Shown one piece after another: positions 10,651-21,316 of a stretch of 64,000 nt of DNA. A program made the position numbers and the translations under genes. The notes under the pieces were generated by a model, which worked only from the letters and a program-made list of their open reading frames with translations, was not told the origin of the DNA and ran no database searches. Within the stretch, counting starts at the first letter, position 1; each line of letters begins with the position of its first letter. Source of the stretch: Macrostomum lignano (Eukaryota); NCBI GenBank assembly GCA_002269645.1, contig NIVC01002556.1:1-64000 (forward strand). The letters are read 5' to 3'.

Positions 10651-13600
10651 ATGCAGAGGCTCAGCAGCGACAACCAGCGGGCAGTTGGCATGTTCGGTGA
10701 GTAGAAACCCCATGGCCCAGAGCCATTGCTATCCCAAATCGAACCAGAATAGAAACTATCTCGAGGCCTTGTTCCAAGTCAATCCCCAGAAAGCGCCGCA
10801 GCCCCTGCAGCGAATATGTTTTTGTATGGATCGAGCTCTGTGCGTCGGCATAGATCTTCATCATTGCCTCCCTTGCATGCGAGCGATGGCGGTGGAGCTG
10901 CGCAATTTGCGGCATCGAGGATTTTTACGTATTGGCCGTGGGTTTCTGCGCTCTCTGCACTCGATGCGGCTTTATAGCCCGGCTGGGTTCAACCCTGGCG
11001 AAGGAAAGGCAAGCGCGGAGGACAGCCAAAACTATCGCTCAAATCTTAGGCCAGACATTTTCCTTTTCGAATTACCAAACGGCTCTCAATCACGTCTTTA
11101 TCTTCAGTTGAAGAGCAGCAGCCACTGAATCAGCCACCGGTGGCTCAAGCTCTGTCCTGGATGCTGCCGTGGGGTGACTGCAGCCAGCCTCAGCAGCAGC
11201 ACCACCACCAGACACAACTGGCGAGCCGAACGGACGCGCTTCCTTCCGACGGCTGCTACAGCGGCAGCGGTGGCGCCAAGAGCACCGGAGAAGGTGGCAG
11301 TGGTACCGGGACTGGCACTCTTCCAGTTGGATTCTATACTGAGTGAGTCTGTTGTAGAACAGCGTGTAGCTCTGACAGGGCAGCAGCCAGTTGGATTCTA
11401 TACTGAGTGAGTCTGTTGTAGAACAGCGTGTAGCTCTGACAGGGCAGCAGCCAGTCGGATTCTATACTGAGTGAGTCTCTGTTGTAGAACAGCGTGTAGC
11501 TTTGACAGGGCAGCAGCCAGTTGGATTCTATACTGAGTGAGTCTGTTGTAGAACAGCGTGTAGCTCTGACAGGGCAGCAGCCAGTTGGATTCTATACTGA
11601 GTGAGTCTGTTGTAGAACAGCGTGTAGCTCTGACAGGGCAGCAGCCAGTCGGATTCTATACTGAGTGAGTCTCTGTTGTAGAACAGCGTGTAGCTTTGAC
11701 AGGGCAGCAGCCAGTTGGATTCTATTCTGAGTGAGTCTGTTGTAGAACAGCGTGTAGCTCTGACAGGGCAGCAGCCAGTTGGATTCTATTCTGAGTGAGT
11801 CTGTTGTAGAACAGCGTGTAGCTCTGACAGGGCAGCAGCCAGTCGGATTCTATTCTGAGTGAGTCTGTTGTAGAACAGCATGTAGCTCTGACAGGGCAGC
11901 AGCCAGTTGGATTCTATTCTGAGTGAGTCTGTTGTAGAACAGCGTGTAGCTCTGACAGGGCAGCAGCCAGTTGGATTCTATTCTGAGTGAGTCTGTTGTA
12001 GAACAGCGTGTAGCTCTGACAGGGCAGCAGCCAGTTGGATTCTATTCTGAGTGAGTCTGTTGTAGAACAGCGTGTAGCTCTGACAGGGCAGCAGCCAGTT
12101 GGATTCTATTCTGAGTGAGTCTCTAATGAAACTAGCAAAATCTGGAGTTACGGTGGGGCAGCGGCAGCACTTGCTGGGCACTATACCTAGAGTCTATCCA
12201 AGGTTTTTCATGCGTCATAAGGACTCAGCTTTGAATATCAGCCGCAATTAAGCAGAGCAGGGAAAAATAGAGCTTCACAGTAAAATCTGAGCAAAGCGGA
12301 GAATGCTACAAATCCACCCGACTATTTTCCCAACTCCTTTTAAAACCGACGCCAGCTCAGCACTCCCAGACCGTGACTCAGACACTGAATTTTTACTGAA
12401 AATTCAAAAAGTGCCTACTTGCCCACGGAGTCAGTCGTCCTTGATGAGGCGTAGTTGGGCGGACGCACCGCCACCAGCAGGCGCGCGCAGCCTACTTGGA
12501 GGACAAGCCGGCCCCCGAGCCGCCTGCAGTACCGATTTGACCCAGTTTTTGACACCCTGGCAACCCGAGTCCCACCGGGGCTTTCTACTTTCCCAAGACA
12601 TTCCCAGGAAAGGAAAGAAATAAAGTCGACACAGGCCGCCTTCGGAACTCTTTTTATCTGCTTTGGATTAAAATTTTGCTGGAGCACCGCATTCCTCTTC
12701 AACGTCAAACTGCCGCATTCAACGAAGCCTTTAAAACTCCCTTGCATGGAGTTTCCGCACCGAAGTAACTATCGAAATAATCAACACTAGGTTAAGATTG
12801 CCAAACTCCGCGATTGAGAAAGATTTTAAAGTATACGAGCTATAGGCCTAAGTATGCGGGTTCTGTCTGTGATCTCATGGCTCCGATATATTTTCAGAAA
12901 CGTCACTTCATGTCACCAAGGACACTGCGAGCATATTCACAAAAAGATTTTCGGCTACTTTGTTTGTTGCTTCCTAAACTTGAAGATCTGAACACCAAAC
13001 TGAAGATCTGAAAATATAGGATGTCTCCATTGTACAGGATTTTCTTGCATCTACATCTAGTGAGAAACTAAACTACGAGCTACTCGGTAGGGGACAAAAA
13101 TCTGAACAATCTGGCCAAAAAAGTAACCTTCTACATGCAATCGATTCGGAGATACAGACAGTTCAATGATCGGCCTTCAACTATTTTTGCACGAGTTGCA
13201 AGTTTTGCGTCCTTCTAGTCTAGTAGTCCTTGAGACGAAGTCGAACCCCGTAATAATAATATTATTGATTGTAACTGTCATAATAGGCGGATGTGTAACC
13301 TCAGCCGCGGCTATTTCGCAACGCATCTGAAGTCTTCAGTCCAAGAACTTGGATTGTCGCCACACACACACACCCTCAGTTACAGCTGGGTGAACTGAAG
13401 CAATGCAGAGTTAAGTGTCTTGCTCAAGGACACACATTGTCTCGAGTGGGTCGAGAATCAAACCCCCGGCCTTTCTAACACTAGTCCGACGCTCTAACAC
13501 TAGGCTAAAACTCCCCTCGAAGTCGAGCCCCGTAACTGCATTGCCAAAGCCCCAGTTATAAAATTAAACAAAAAGTCTCATCAGCTGTTTTTCTCAAAAC

Positions 13601-16140
13601 GGCTTGAAATTCTTTTGCAGAAAATGAACTGTGGGCACCGCATTTGGGCCGAAAGCCAGCTAGCTGCAGCAGGCGGGTGGTCCTGCGCGGATCTTCAATA
13701 CCCGTGCATTTCAGATGCAAATAGCGAAGGAGGCAGCTCGAGCCCCACCGCATGGCGCGACTGAAAAGTGGGGGAAAGCACGGCTGTAAAGACTTACACA
13801 ACTGGCATGGCTGACTCAAATATTAATTGATTAATTATGGGTTCCATTGTGAATCGGAATTCGAGGTCGAGCCCTCACTGGATAATGGTTTAGACTGCTG
13901 TTGCAGACCGTCTTAAGTTGATTTTTGTAACAATGTAGCATTGCTGTCTGGCCTGATAGAATTGCGGCCATATCGAATGCAACCAATGCGGATTCAGAGC
14001 CGCCAAAGGATTTAAATAGAGTACAGATCAGCTCAGCTCAGATCAGATCAGCTCTAATCATCCTCAACACACTGCATAATATTGGATTTCGTCCTTGAAA
14101 ATTGTAAAGACCGGCGCACATTACCGCCAGTAGCTACGTGGGAATAAGATTGTTCAAATTAATATGCAGTTCATTCTCAAAATCCTCCAACTCAAACGCA
14201 AAGCCTATTTACCAATTCCTGCGCCGCAGCCAGGAGATCCGCAGCATCTGGGACGGGCAGTTCGAGCGGCTGCGCCACCAGCTTTGCGTGGTTCTTCAAT
14301 CGTCGGCCGACTACGCTTCAGAGGGCGGGGTCTGGCTGGAATCGAACGCCGGTCTGAGTCGGCTCGACGATGAGACGGAGGGCCGCATTCGCCTGCTAAC
14401 GGGCGGCCTGCCTCCGCCGGGTGAGTACGGCAGCATGTGGGGCTCAGCGGCGCCGCTCACGCAGCAGCTGGTGCTGCCGCAGCTGCTGCCAGGGACCGCG
14501 CTGCTGATGCCGCAGTCGGTGCTGCTGCAGATGTCTGTGCTGGGCTATTCGTTCTATGACGGCGCCAAGGTCCGCTTCCGCTGCTCTGTGAGTCTCCTGC
14601 TCTGAAGCGGAGGAAACGAAATTAATAGTTGGATTTTATTTTAATAGCCCACCTATAATGTGTTACTGGGTCCCAACTCTTCGTCAGCAGCACAAGCAGT
14701 TGATCTACGAAGTCACCCGTGGACATCGAATTCTTTTGAACTATCTGTGCGAAAGTTATTAATGCATTCTAAGATATTTTCTTTACGTTATTTTCTCGCT
14801 ACTTCTTAGTGGGCGGTCTCTTGTAGACTGCATGTGCGGATCGTAAGGTATGCAAGGACCACTATGAAGTTACCGCGGTACTATACTTTCCTTGTGATGA
14901 GACAAAACTCTTGAGTAGTCTTTGCAGAAAAATTATGATTAAAATCAGTCAGCTTTGTCCAATTTGACATTACTTCAAACAATGCAGGCATTGCATATAA
15001 CACCCATCCCCCTCAGCAATGCCCGAAGGAGTGGACATCCATGAAAGGCCGCATCGTCTTTCACCTGTTCCGGGTGGAAAGTCCAGTGCCGCTGGTTGAT
15101 CCGCAGAACAGTGAGGTGCTGCTGCATACCGGCTACAATCTCTGCTTTAAGCTGTTCAAGCAGCAATGCCACGAGACCCGGGGCCACAGACAGGGCGACC
15201 TCACCGTGTTCGAGGAGCCGCAGTGGTACCCGGAAGAGATCGAGAAGGTGAGAGAGTCAGTAACTCGTTTTCAGCTGACAGGTTGCGTTTTTTTGTTTAG
15301 AGTATGTCTGCAACGTCAACAACAATACTGATAGTTGCAGGTGAATATTACCGCCCAAAAACCACCGCTAAAGTAACTCTGTCCACTGCGCTGACTCATG
15401 AGCAAGTATACAGACACCGCTTGTACGCATAGGGTTGTAGCCTAGTGTTAGAGCGTCAGGCTCAGGGGTTCGATTCTCGGCCCACTCGGAACAATTTGAG
15501 TACTTGAGCAAGACACAACTCTGTATTGCTTCAGTTCACCCAGCTGTAAAATGGGTGCCAGCAATTATCTGGGGTAATTGAGGGTGTGTGTGCCGACCCC
15601 AAGTCCTTGGACTGAACAGCCGTACGCAGCCTTCAGATGCGCCGCGCAATAGCTGCGGCTGAGCTGTCGGTTACCACATTTGGTCTAATTGGGGCAGGTG
15701 TAATCAAATAATATTTTTACGCAGGCTTAATACTTTTATCATAGCTTTTATCAGGTTATGTAAATCCCGCTATGCAACATCACAGTATGCAATTATCAGG
15801 CTATGTAATCCGGCTATGCTATTATCAGGCTATGTAATCCGGCTATGCTATTATCAGGCTATGTAAATCCGGCTATGCAATTATCAGGCTATGTAAATCC
15901 AGTTTCCATCCGCAATTCAATCCCATTTGATGATTGATTGGCAGACGATAAGCCGACCCTTCCTTCCACTCGCAGGTGCTGTACAATGTGTTCTGGCGTA
16001 TCGGACAGACCCTCTACCGAGTGAGCATCGGCAGCAAGCATGTGCAGATGTGGCGCAGGGCCGGCAACCCCAGCCAGCAGCATGACAAGACTGGCTGCCA
16101 GGCCTGCCAGCTCGGCTTCTGTCAGGGAAAGTCGAAGTGA
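10651..16140 (+). CDS. 3CxxC-type zinc-binding domain protein (RTP-like), 5 exons: 10651-10696, 11108-11342, 14230-14587, 15017-15247, 15976-16140; 344 aa
   Basis: All four introns are GT-AG with matching phases (1,2,0,0). The spliced product contains RFRCSQCPKEWTS...FKLFKQQC...EPQW...VLYNVFWRI...HDKTGCQACQLGFC, the zf-3CxxC pattern of RTP proteins. Confidence 0.8.
11323..12122 (+). repeat. 64/66-bp tandem repeat (about 12.5 copies) that duplicates the exon-2 donor junction
   Basis: Unit CCAGTTGGATTCTATACTGA|GTGAGTCTGTTGTAGAACAGCGTGTAGCTCTGACAGGGCAGCAG; the first 20 nt are the end of exon 2. Confidence 0.95.
13254..13517 (-). mobile_element. tRNA-derived SINE with a CORE-like central domain
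   Basis: On the minus strand: A box (TAGCCTAGTG), B-box-like GGTTTGATTC and GTGTCCTTGAGCAAGACACTTAACTCTG...CAGTTCACCCAGCTGTA, with an AT-rich tail. Flanked by an 18-bp TSD CGAAGTCGA(A/G)CCCCGTAA (13236-13253 and 13518-13535). Confidence 0.8.
15431..15713 (+). mobile_element. Second copy of the same SINE family
   Basis: TAGCCTAGTGTTAGAGCG, GGTTCGATTC and TTGAGCAAGACAC...TTGCTTCAGTTCACCCAGCTGTAAAATGGG; colinear with the reverse complement of 13254-13517. Confidence 0.8.
15748..15900 (+). repeat. 29-30-bp intronic tandem repeat, about 5 copies
   Basis: TTATCAGGCTATGTAATCCGGCTATGC(T/A)A units. Confidence 0.85.
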
Positions 16141-16489
16141 GCGTTGAGTGCGACTGTTCAAGTGAGTTCTGATGGGTGAGCCTTGTACGACTCTTGTACA
16201 TGAAGTTCGTACACGTAGGTGAGCTTTGGCGACTCGCACGAGTGTACAGTGCGCGTACATGCATGCATAGGTGAGCAATGTCATGTGAGCTGCTGGTAGA
16301 TGAGCTACGTGAGCAACTACAGTTGGACGCTCTGCTATACCGGAGGACTCCTGCAAACCTTGAGATCTGCATGTATAAAACCTGTGTCACCTGTTGTTAA
16401 TTGTTTCGGAGTTTAATACATTAATCATTAGCCCCTGATCTACACGTGTAGCTACAACAGCGATAGAACAAACTAAATAGCTGAGCATT

Positions 16490-16615
16490 CACCAAACTCA
16501 TTGCAGACATTCTGGAGCACAGCTACGCGAATCACCAAACTCATTGCAGACATTCTGGAGCACAGCTACGCGAATCACCAAACTCATTGCAGACATTCTG
16601 GAGCACAGCTACGCG
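16490..16615 (+). repeat. 43-bp tandem repeat, 3 copies
   Basis: CACCAAACTCATTGCAGACATTCTGGAGCACAGCTACGCGAAT at 16490, 16533 and 16576. Confidence 0.95.
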
Positions 16616-17860
16616 TATCTGAGACCCAGAGGTCAGAGACACGTGAAACAAAATAATATTGAAACAGTATTCGCTTAGAGTGCTGTACAGCCTGCGGCTT
16701 TTTTTGCGTAAAATTCACACCACGCAAACTGATGGCGCAATTTAACTAGAATTCAGTTTTAACAAATGTGATTCGCATGCGATTTATTGATGCTTTGGTT
16801 TTTAATTGTCAGAGCTTTTTGAAAGACTTGATGGCTACAGTTGTGAGCGAGTACGAGCTACCAGCAAATGCGCAAATGCATGCAGCTGCATGAATGTGGT
16901 CTGTTCAATAACTAGTACGTACGAGCCTTTGGCTTACATATTCAGCATGTTACATCTGTAGCGACCAGATCCATAGATCTTATATTCCCTAGATAGGCCA
17001 CTCTCAATGCATTCAATAAAAAAGACCTACCACGCAAATTGCAAGAAAAATGTTTATCCTTTCTTGCATTTCGTTTACATGTTTAACTGTTTTGTTTGAA
17101 TAGCAATTTCAAGTGAAATGTACATCATTTGCAAGCATTATACTGAAAATACAAGCTACTGACCAGATACCGTGGTCGCAAATTAATTGTCAACAAAGAC
17201 AATTGTTTGTGATCGCTGAGTGGCTTATCTAGGGAACATAAGATCTTATGGTAGCGGCATTAACAGAGTTACGTGAAGCAAATGCTTTTGAGCAAAGTGT
17301 GAATATGGACTGTCTTATTTACGCATGTACACCATGTACACTCATGTACACCCATACACTATTGCATATATACACTGCACAATGTTAAATTTAATTTAAT
17401 ATGCCTACCAGTGCAGGAAGGGCCGAATTTGCCTGGTTTTCCTCCAACTTCTGCTCTGCTAATACACCTTTATGTTCTCTTTTACCTGTTAGATTTGTTT
17501 TCCCTACATGTAAATATTATTATTGTTGTGAAATTGCGCTGTAATTCTGAAAATAGAACGTGGCTTTGATTTCGCGCAAGTCACTGTAGAATGACTTTGC
17601 TATTCGTCAATCCAATCCTGAGATCTCAAAGATTGTTACAGTAATGAGCTCGATCCCAGGACAACACGTGCCGCTGTTAGATCTTGCGACTTTCACACTT
17701 CTTATTTAAGAAAGACACTATCCAATTGTTGCATGAATAACAGCTCACTGTGAGAGTTAAGCCATGGATTGTATATCAGTCAAGCAACTCTCTCTGAGTA
17801 CCACAGGCGAACGATCGGCATGTAGCAAAAAGCCACGAGAGGGAGTAAAAACCGTCGGCA

Positions 17861-18155
17861 GAGAAGCGCCCAACTCGTCAGCAGTGAGCTATCAATGCCA
17901 CCCATCAGAAAAGAAGCGCCCTACTCGTCAGCAGTGAGCTATCAATGCCACCCATCAGAAGAGAAGCGCCCAACTCGTCAGCAGTGAGCTATCAATGCCA
18001 CCCATCAGAAAAGAAGCGCCCTACTCGTCAGCAGTGAGCTATCAATGCCACCCATCAGAAGAGAAGCGCCCTACTCGTCAGCAGTGAGCTATCAATGCCA
18101 CCCATCAGAAGAGAAGCGCCCTACTCGTCAGCAGTGAGCTATCAATGCCACCCAT
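17861..18155 (+). repeat. 50-bp tandem repeat, about 6 copies
   Basis: (G/A)AGAAGCGCCC(A/T)ACTCGTCAGCAGTGAGCTATCAATGCCACCCATCAGAA. Confidence 0.95.
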
Positions 18156-19290
18156 GCAAGCTTTCTCCCACCAAAGCGGTTTTTTGTTGCTGCAAATTTA
18201 ATAACATTATGAGCGTAAATGAAAATATAAAATGTGTTGAGGGTTCCGAAATTCCTACAGACTGAATTCAAATGAAAGGCATCGGTATTCGAATGACTTG
18301 AAGCTTTCTCTGAAAGTGCGAAACAAAGTGTATTGAGATTAGCTTACACACGACCTTTATGGACGGTCTTGTACATCGTACATACCTCACACTATAGAGC
18401 GCCAACAAGGCTGAAAAACTGCAGCATATTTTTTAGCAAAGTTGGCGTCAGAAATCTTATGCATTGTCTAAAATTCAGACTTTGTAGTAGTTTCGTACCA
18501 ATTACAATAATCATGCTACATAAGACATACGCTCGTATAATATAATACGATCATATTTCGTGTGATCATACAGCTTGTGTGCGTATTTTCTTTGCTTTGC
18601 ACGAGCGTACATCAGTTTTGCGATCTGATGGCTTATTTAGTGGCGTTGTGAACGAGTCTTTTATAGCTACGTGCATTGCTTACTGTCCCACGCTGTATCC
18701 GCATTATTCCACCCTTCGAAATACTCGTAATCATTTAAGGATACTAAAAATGCCTTCGTGAGTCAATGGGTGGTTAGACGAAGGTCAGAACTCGGGATAA
18801 TGGGTGGTGGCACGAGTTGGCTAAATTCAGCAACGAATAGATCACGAGTCCAAGAGGCGGTCAATTTCGCTAACGCTCATCCAAATGGCAAGAACATCTT
18901 CGTGATGCAAAACTGCACGTGCAACCAATTCAGTCTGTGAGAATTAGTGTGCAACTGACATTACAAGCCAAAATATTTCGATAGACTTTAGCCCTTTTGA
19001 AATTTGACTGTATTTTTTGTGTTTCTTGTCACCATTTTGTTTCTGTGCATTGTTAATTGTCTTGTATTGTTACTGTGTGGTATGCTGTTTTTCTGAATTA
19101 GTTGTGGAAATTCTCCACAAGTCGCGGACATTATCCAGAACTCAATGACATTATCCAGAAGTGACGCTAGAACCACAGGCTATAAAGTGAATTAAAAGTT
19201 GCAATAGTTTTTACCATTACATGTAGACAAAATATTACGAGTATCTAAAAGCACTGACTAGCAACAATGTGTCTGTGCGTATGGTTTTGG

Positions 19291-19491
19291 CAGGGACTAC
19301 TCAAACACCGGGACGGGAAACTAGGAATTTTCTACGAGGCTGGTCTTTTAGCAGCAGTAGAAAATAACCATAGACAACAAAGTAACACAGCATCGCTCTA
19401 ATGAAAAAAGCGAGCCAGCCTCCTCAGCTGCTAAAAGACCAGCCTCGTAAAAAATTTCTAGTTTCCCGTCCCGGTGTTTGAGTAGTCCCTG
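19291..19491. mobile_element. hAT-type MITE (201 bp)
   Basis: 65-bp TIRs starting CAGGGACTACTCAAAC (about 2 mismatches); perfect 8-bp TSD GGTTTTGG (19283-19290 and 19492-19499). Confidence 0.9.
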
Positions 19492-20122
19492 GGTTTTGGT
19501 TTGTTTGACTCCGAAACCACATAAGACACAATCGAAAATTGTCCATAAGACACAGCCTTGGCGTACTGACAAACTCAACTGGCCATTATTTCAGCTTTAG
19601 CAGGCGTTTGAACCATAGACGATTAGTTAACTATGCATTTATTAACTGACATAAGGGAATAATCGCAAACAGTCTACATGGCATTCTGAATTACACTGAA
19701 AAAAGGATAGTCAAGACATTTTAGCTCAGTCAAGACAAACGCGCGCGAGCCATAGACAAATCGTTGTCACGTGCTGCGACCGCTGATTCTTTGCATTGTT
19801 TTGTTTGCTACCAGCGCTCGCAAAACAATCGTTGTCACGCACTGAGGCCGCTGTTTATTTACTCATTGTTTGTCTGTAGGATCGTCAAACAGAAAAACAA
19901 TGCAAAGAATTGTAGTGAGCGAGAGAAAGCCAGTCAGGTTTAGTCCAACAAACAAAATTTAAACCCTCACCCGAAGGGTGGAGCTATTCTTATATTTACT
20001 CGAGAACGCATGTACATATACAAACAGAGCGCGCATGTACATCACATCCATTGACCCCCAAACACCAACTAGCAAAACGAACCAGTGAGTAAACTCACTT
20101 TACAACATTCACCCTCCTCCTT

Positions 20123-21311
20123 AACAGTCACTAATTCCCTTCACAGCTGGCAATCAATGCGTCACGACCTGGCCGTACCACAACGGTGGTGCCCGCAGTC
20201 GCGTACTGCGCCGCAGCTCCGCGTCGGCCTCAGCGGTCGCTGGCGGCGGGTCCGTCGGGCCTTCTGGCGCTGCCGGCTCTGCAGCCACTGGCGGCTGTGG
20301 CGGCATTGCCGTTGCCGAAGTCGTGCTGGCACCCTCGGGCTCCGCATGAGGCATACAGAGGCTGGTGTGCCACCTTGAGCCGTCCTCTAACCTGACGATT
20401 GTCTGGCTGATTATGTCGCTGACCCGTAGAGGTGGTGACACGTGGCTCTGCAGCTTGCCTCGCATCCGCGGAGATCGCACTCGCACCAGGTCGCCGACCC
20501 GGAATTGGGGCGGTCGGGTTCTTTTGAGCCACTTGAACTTCTTTTGAACCGACTCTCTTAAGCTGAGCGGCACTCTGCGCAACGGTTGAGCAGTCGGTTG
20601 CACCGCGGGGTTGACTCGCGGACTGTGCTGAAATCCTTTGATGTGTCCGAGTCCCTGAGTCAACTGGTCGAACCGTCCTGGGATCCAGTCAGGCAGGGCT
20701 CTGGTGCCGACTGTCTGCACTCGCTCACCGTCTGCAGTGACGATCCACAGTCCCAGCTGATCCATGAGGTCGCACCCAGGATGTCAGATCCGGTATTGAC
20801 CACGCTAAGGTTGACGTAAGGCACTACTTTGTCCTTGAGTTGCACCGAGGTCAGGATGTCACCAAGCACGCAGATCTTGCTGCCGTTGAAAGCGACCAGC
20901 TTCCGTGATGACGCCTACAGGGGCACGTTCGACAGAAGTCTGTTGTACGTCGTCTTGGTGATGATGGAGACTCGCGAACCGGAGTCAATGAGCAGCTTGA
21001 CAGGCCTCCCGTTCAGCAGCACTTCGCAGTGCTTGCTTGCTGCCGCAGCTGTCGACACAGTGCAGATGGAGTACTCATCCTGAAGCTGTCGCACTCGGTT
21101 GCCGCTCCTGCAGACTCTGGCAAAGTGCCCGCGCTTGCCGCAGGACTTGCACTTCTGCCCCTTCGCTGGGCAAGTCTGTCCACCTAAATGCGCCGCTGAG
21201 CCACAGTAGCCGCAGCTCCGGCCGTCGGTTGTCGGCTTCAGTGCCTCGTGCTGTCTTGCCGCTGCTCCACTGTTCTTGGCCTTGCTGATCTGCTGGACTC
21301 CACAAGAGCTG
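20123..21311 (-). pseudogene. Gypsy A remainder: two zinc knuckles, protease, start of RT and post-integrase tail; RT/RH/IN core deleted
   Basis: CGYCGSAAH...C and CKSCGKRGHFARVC knuckles; LIDSGS protease; TAG at 20915-20917 and a frameshift. PLRRVPLSLRESV is fused directly to FRVGDLVRV near 20540. Confidence 0.9.
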
Positions 21312-21316
21312 CTTGG

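Noticed and set aside
10361-11128. 255-aa ORF
   Set aside because: Non-ATG start; it spans exon 1 and intron 1 of the 3CxxC gene in another frame, and has no motifs.
13440-15490. tRNA-like sequences at about 13440-13517 and 15431-15490
   Set aside because: These are SINE heads: A/B boxes are present but there is no complete cloverleaf, and they continue into a SINE body.
11323-18155. Regular repeats resembling CRISPR arrays (also 54787-55520, 60270-60795, 63456-63741)
   Set aside because: Units are head-to-tail with no unique spacers, there are no cas genes, and the context is eukaryotic.
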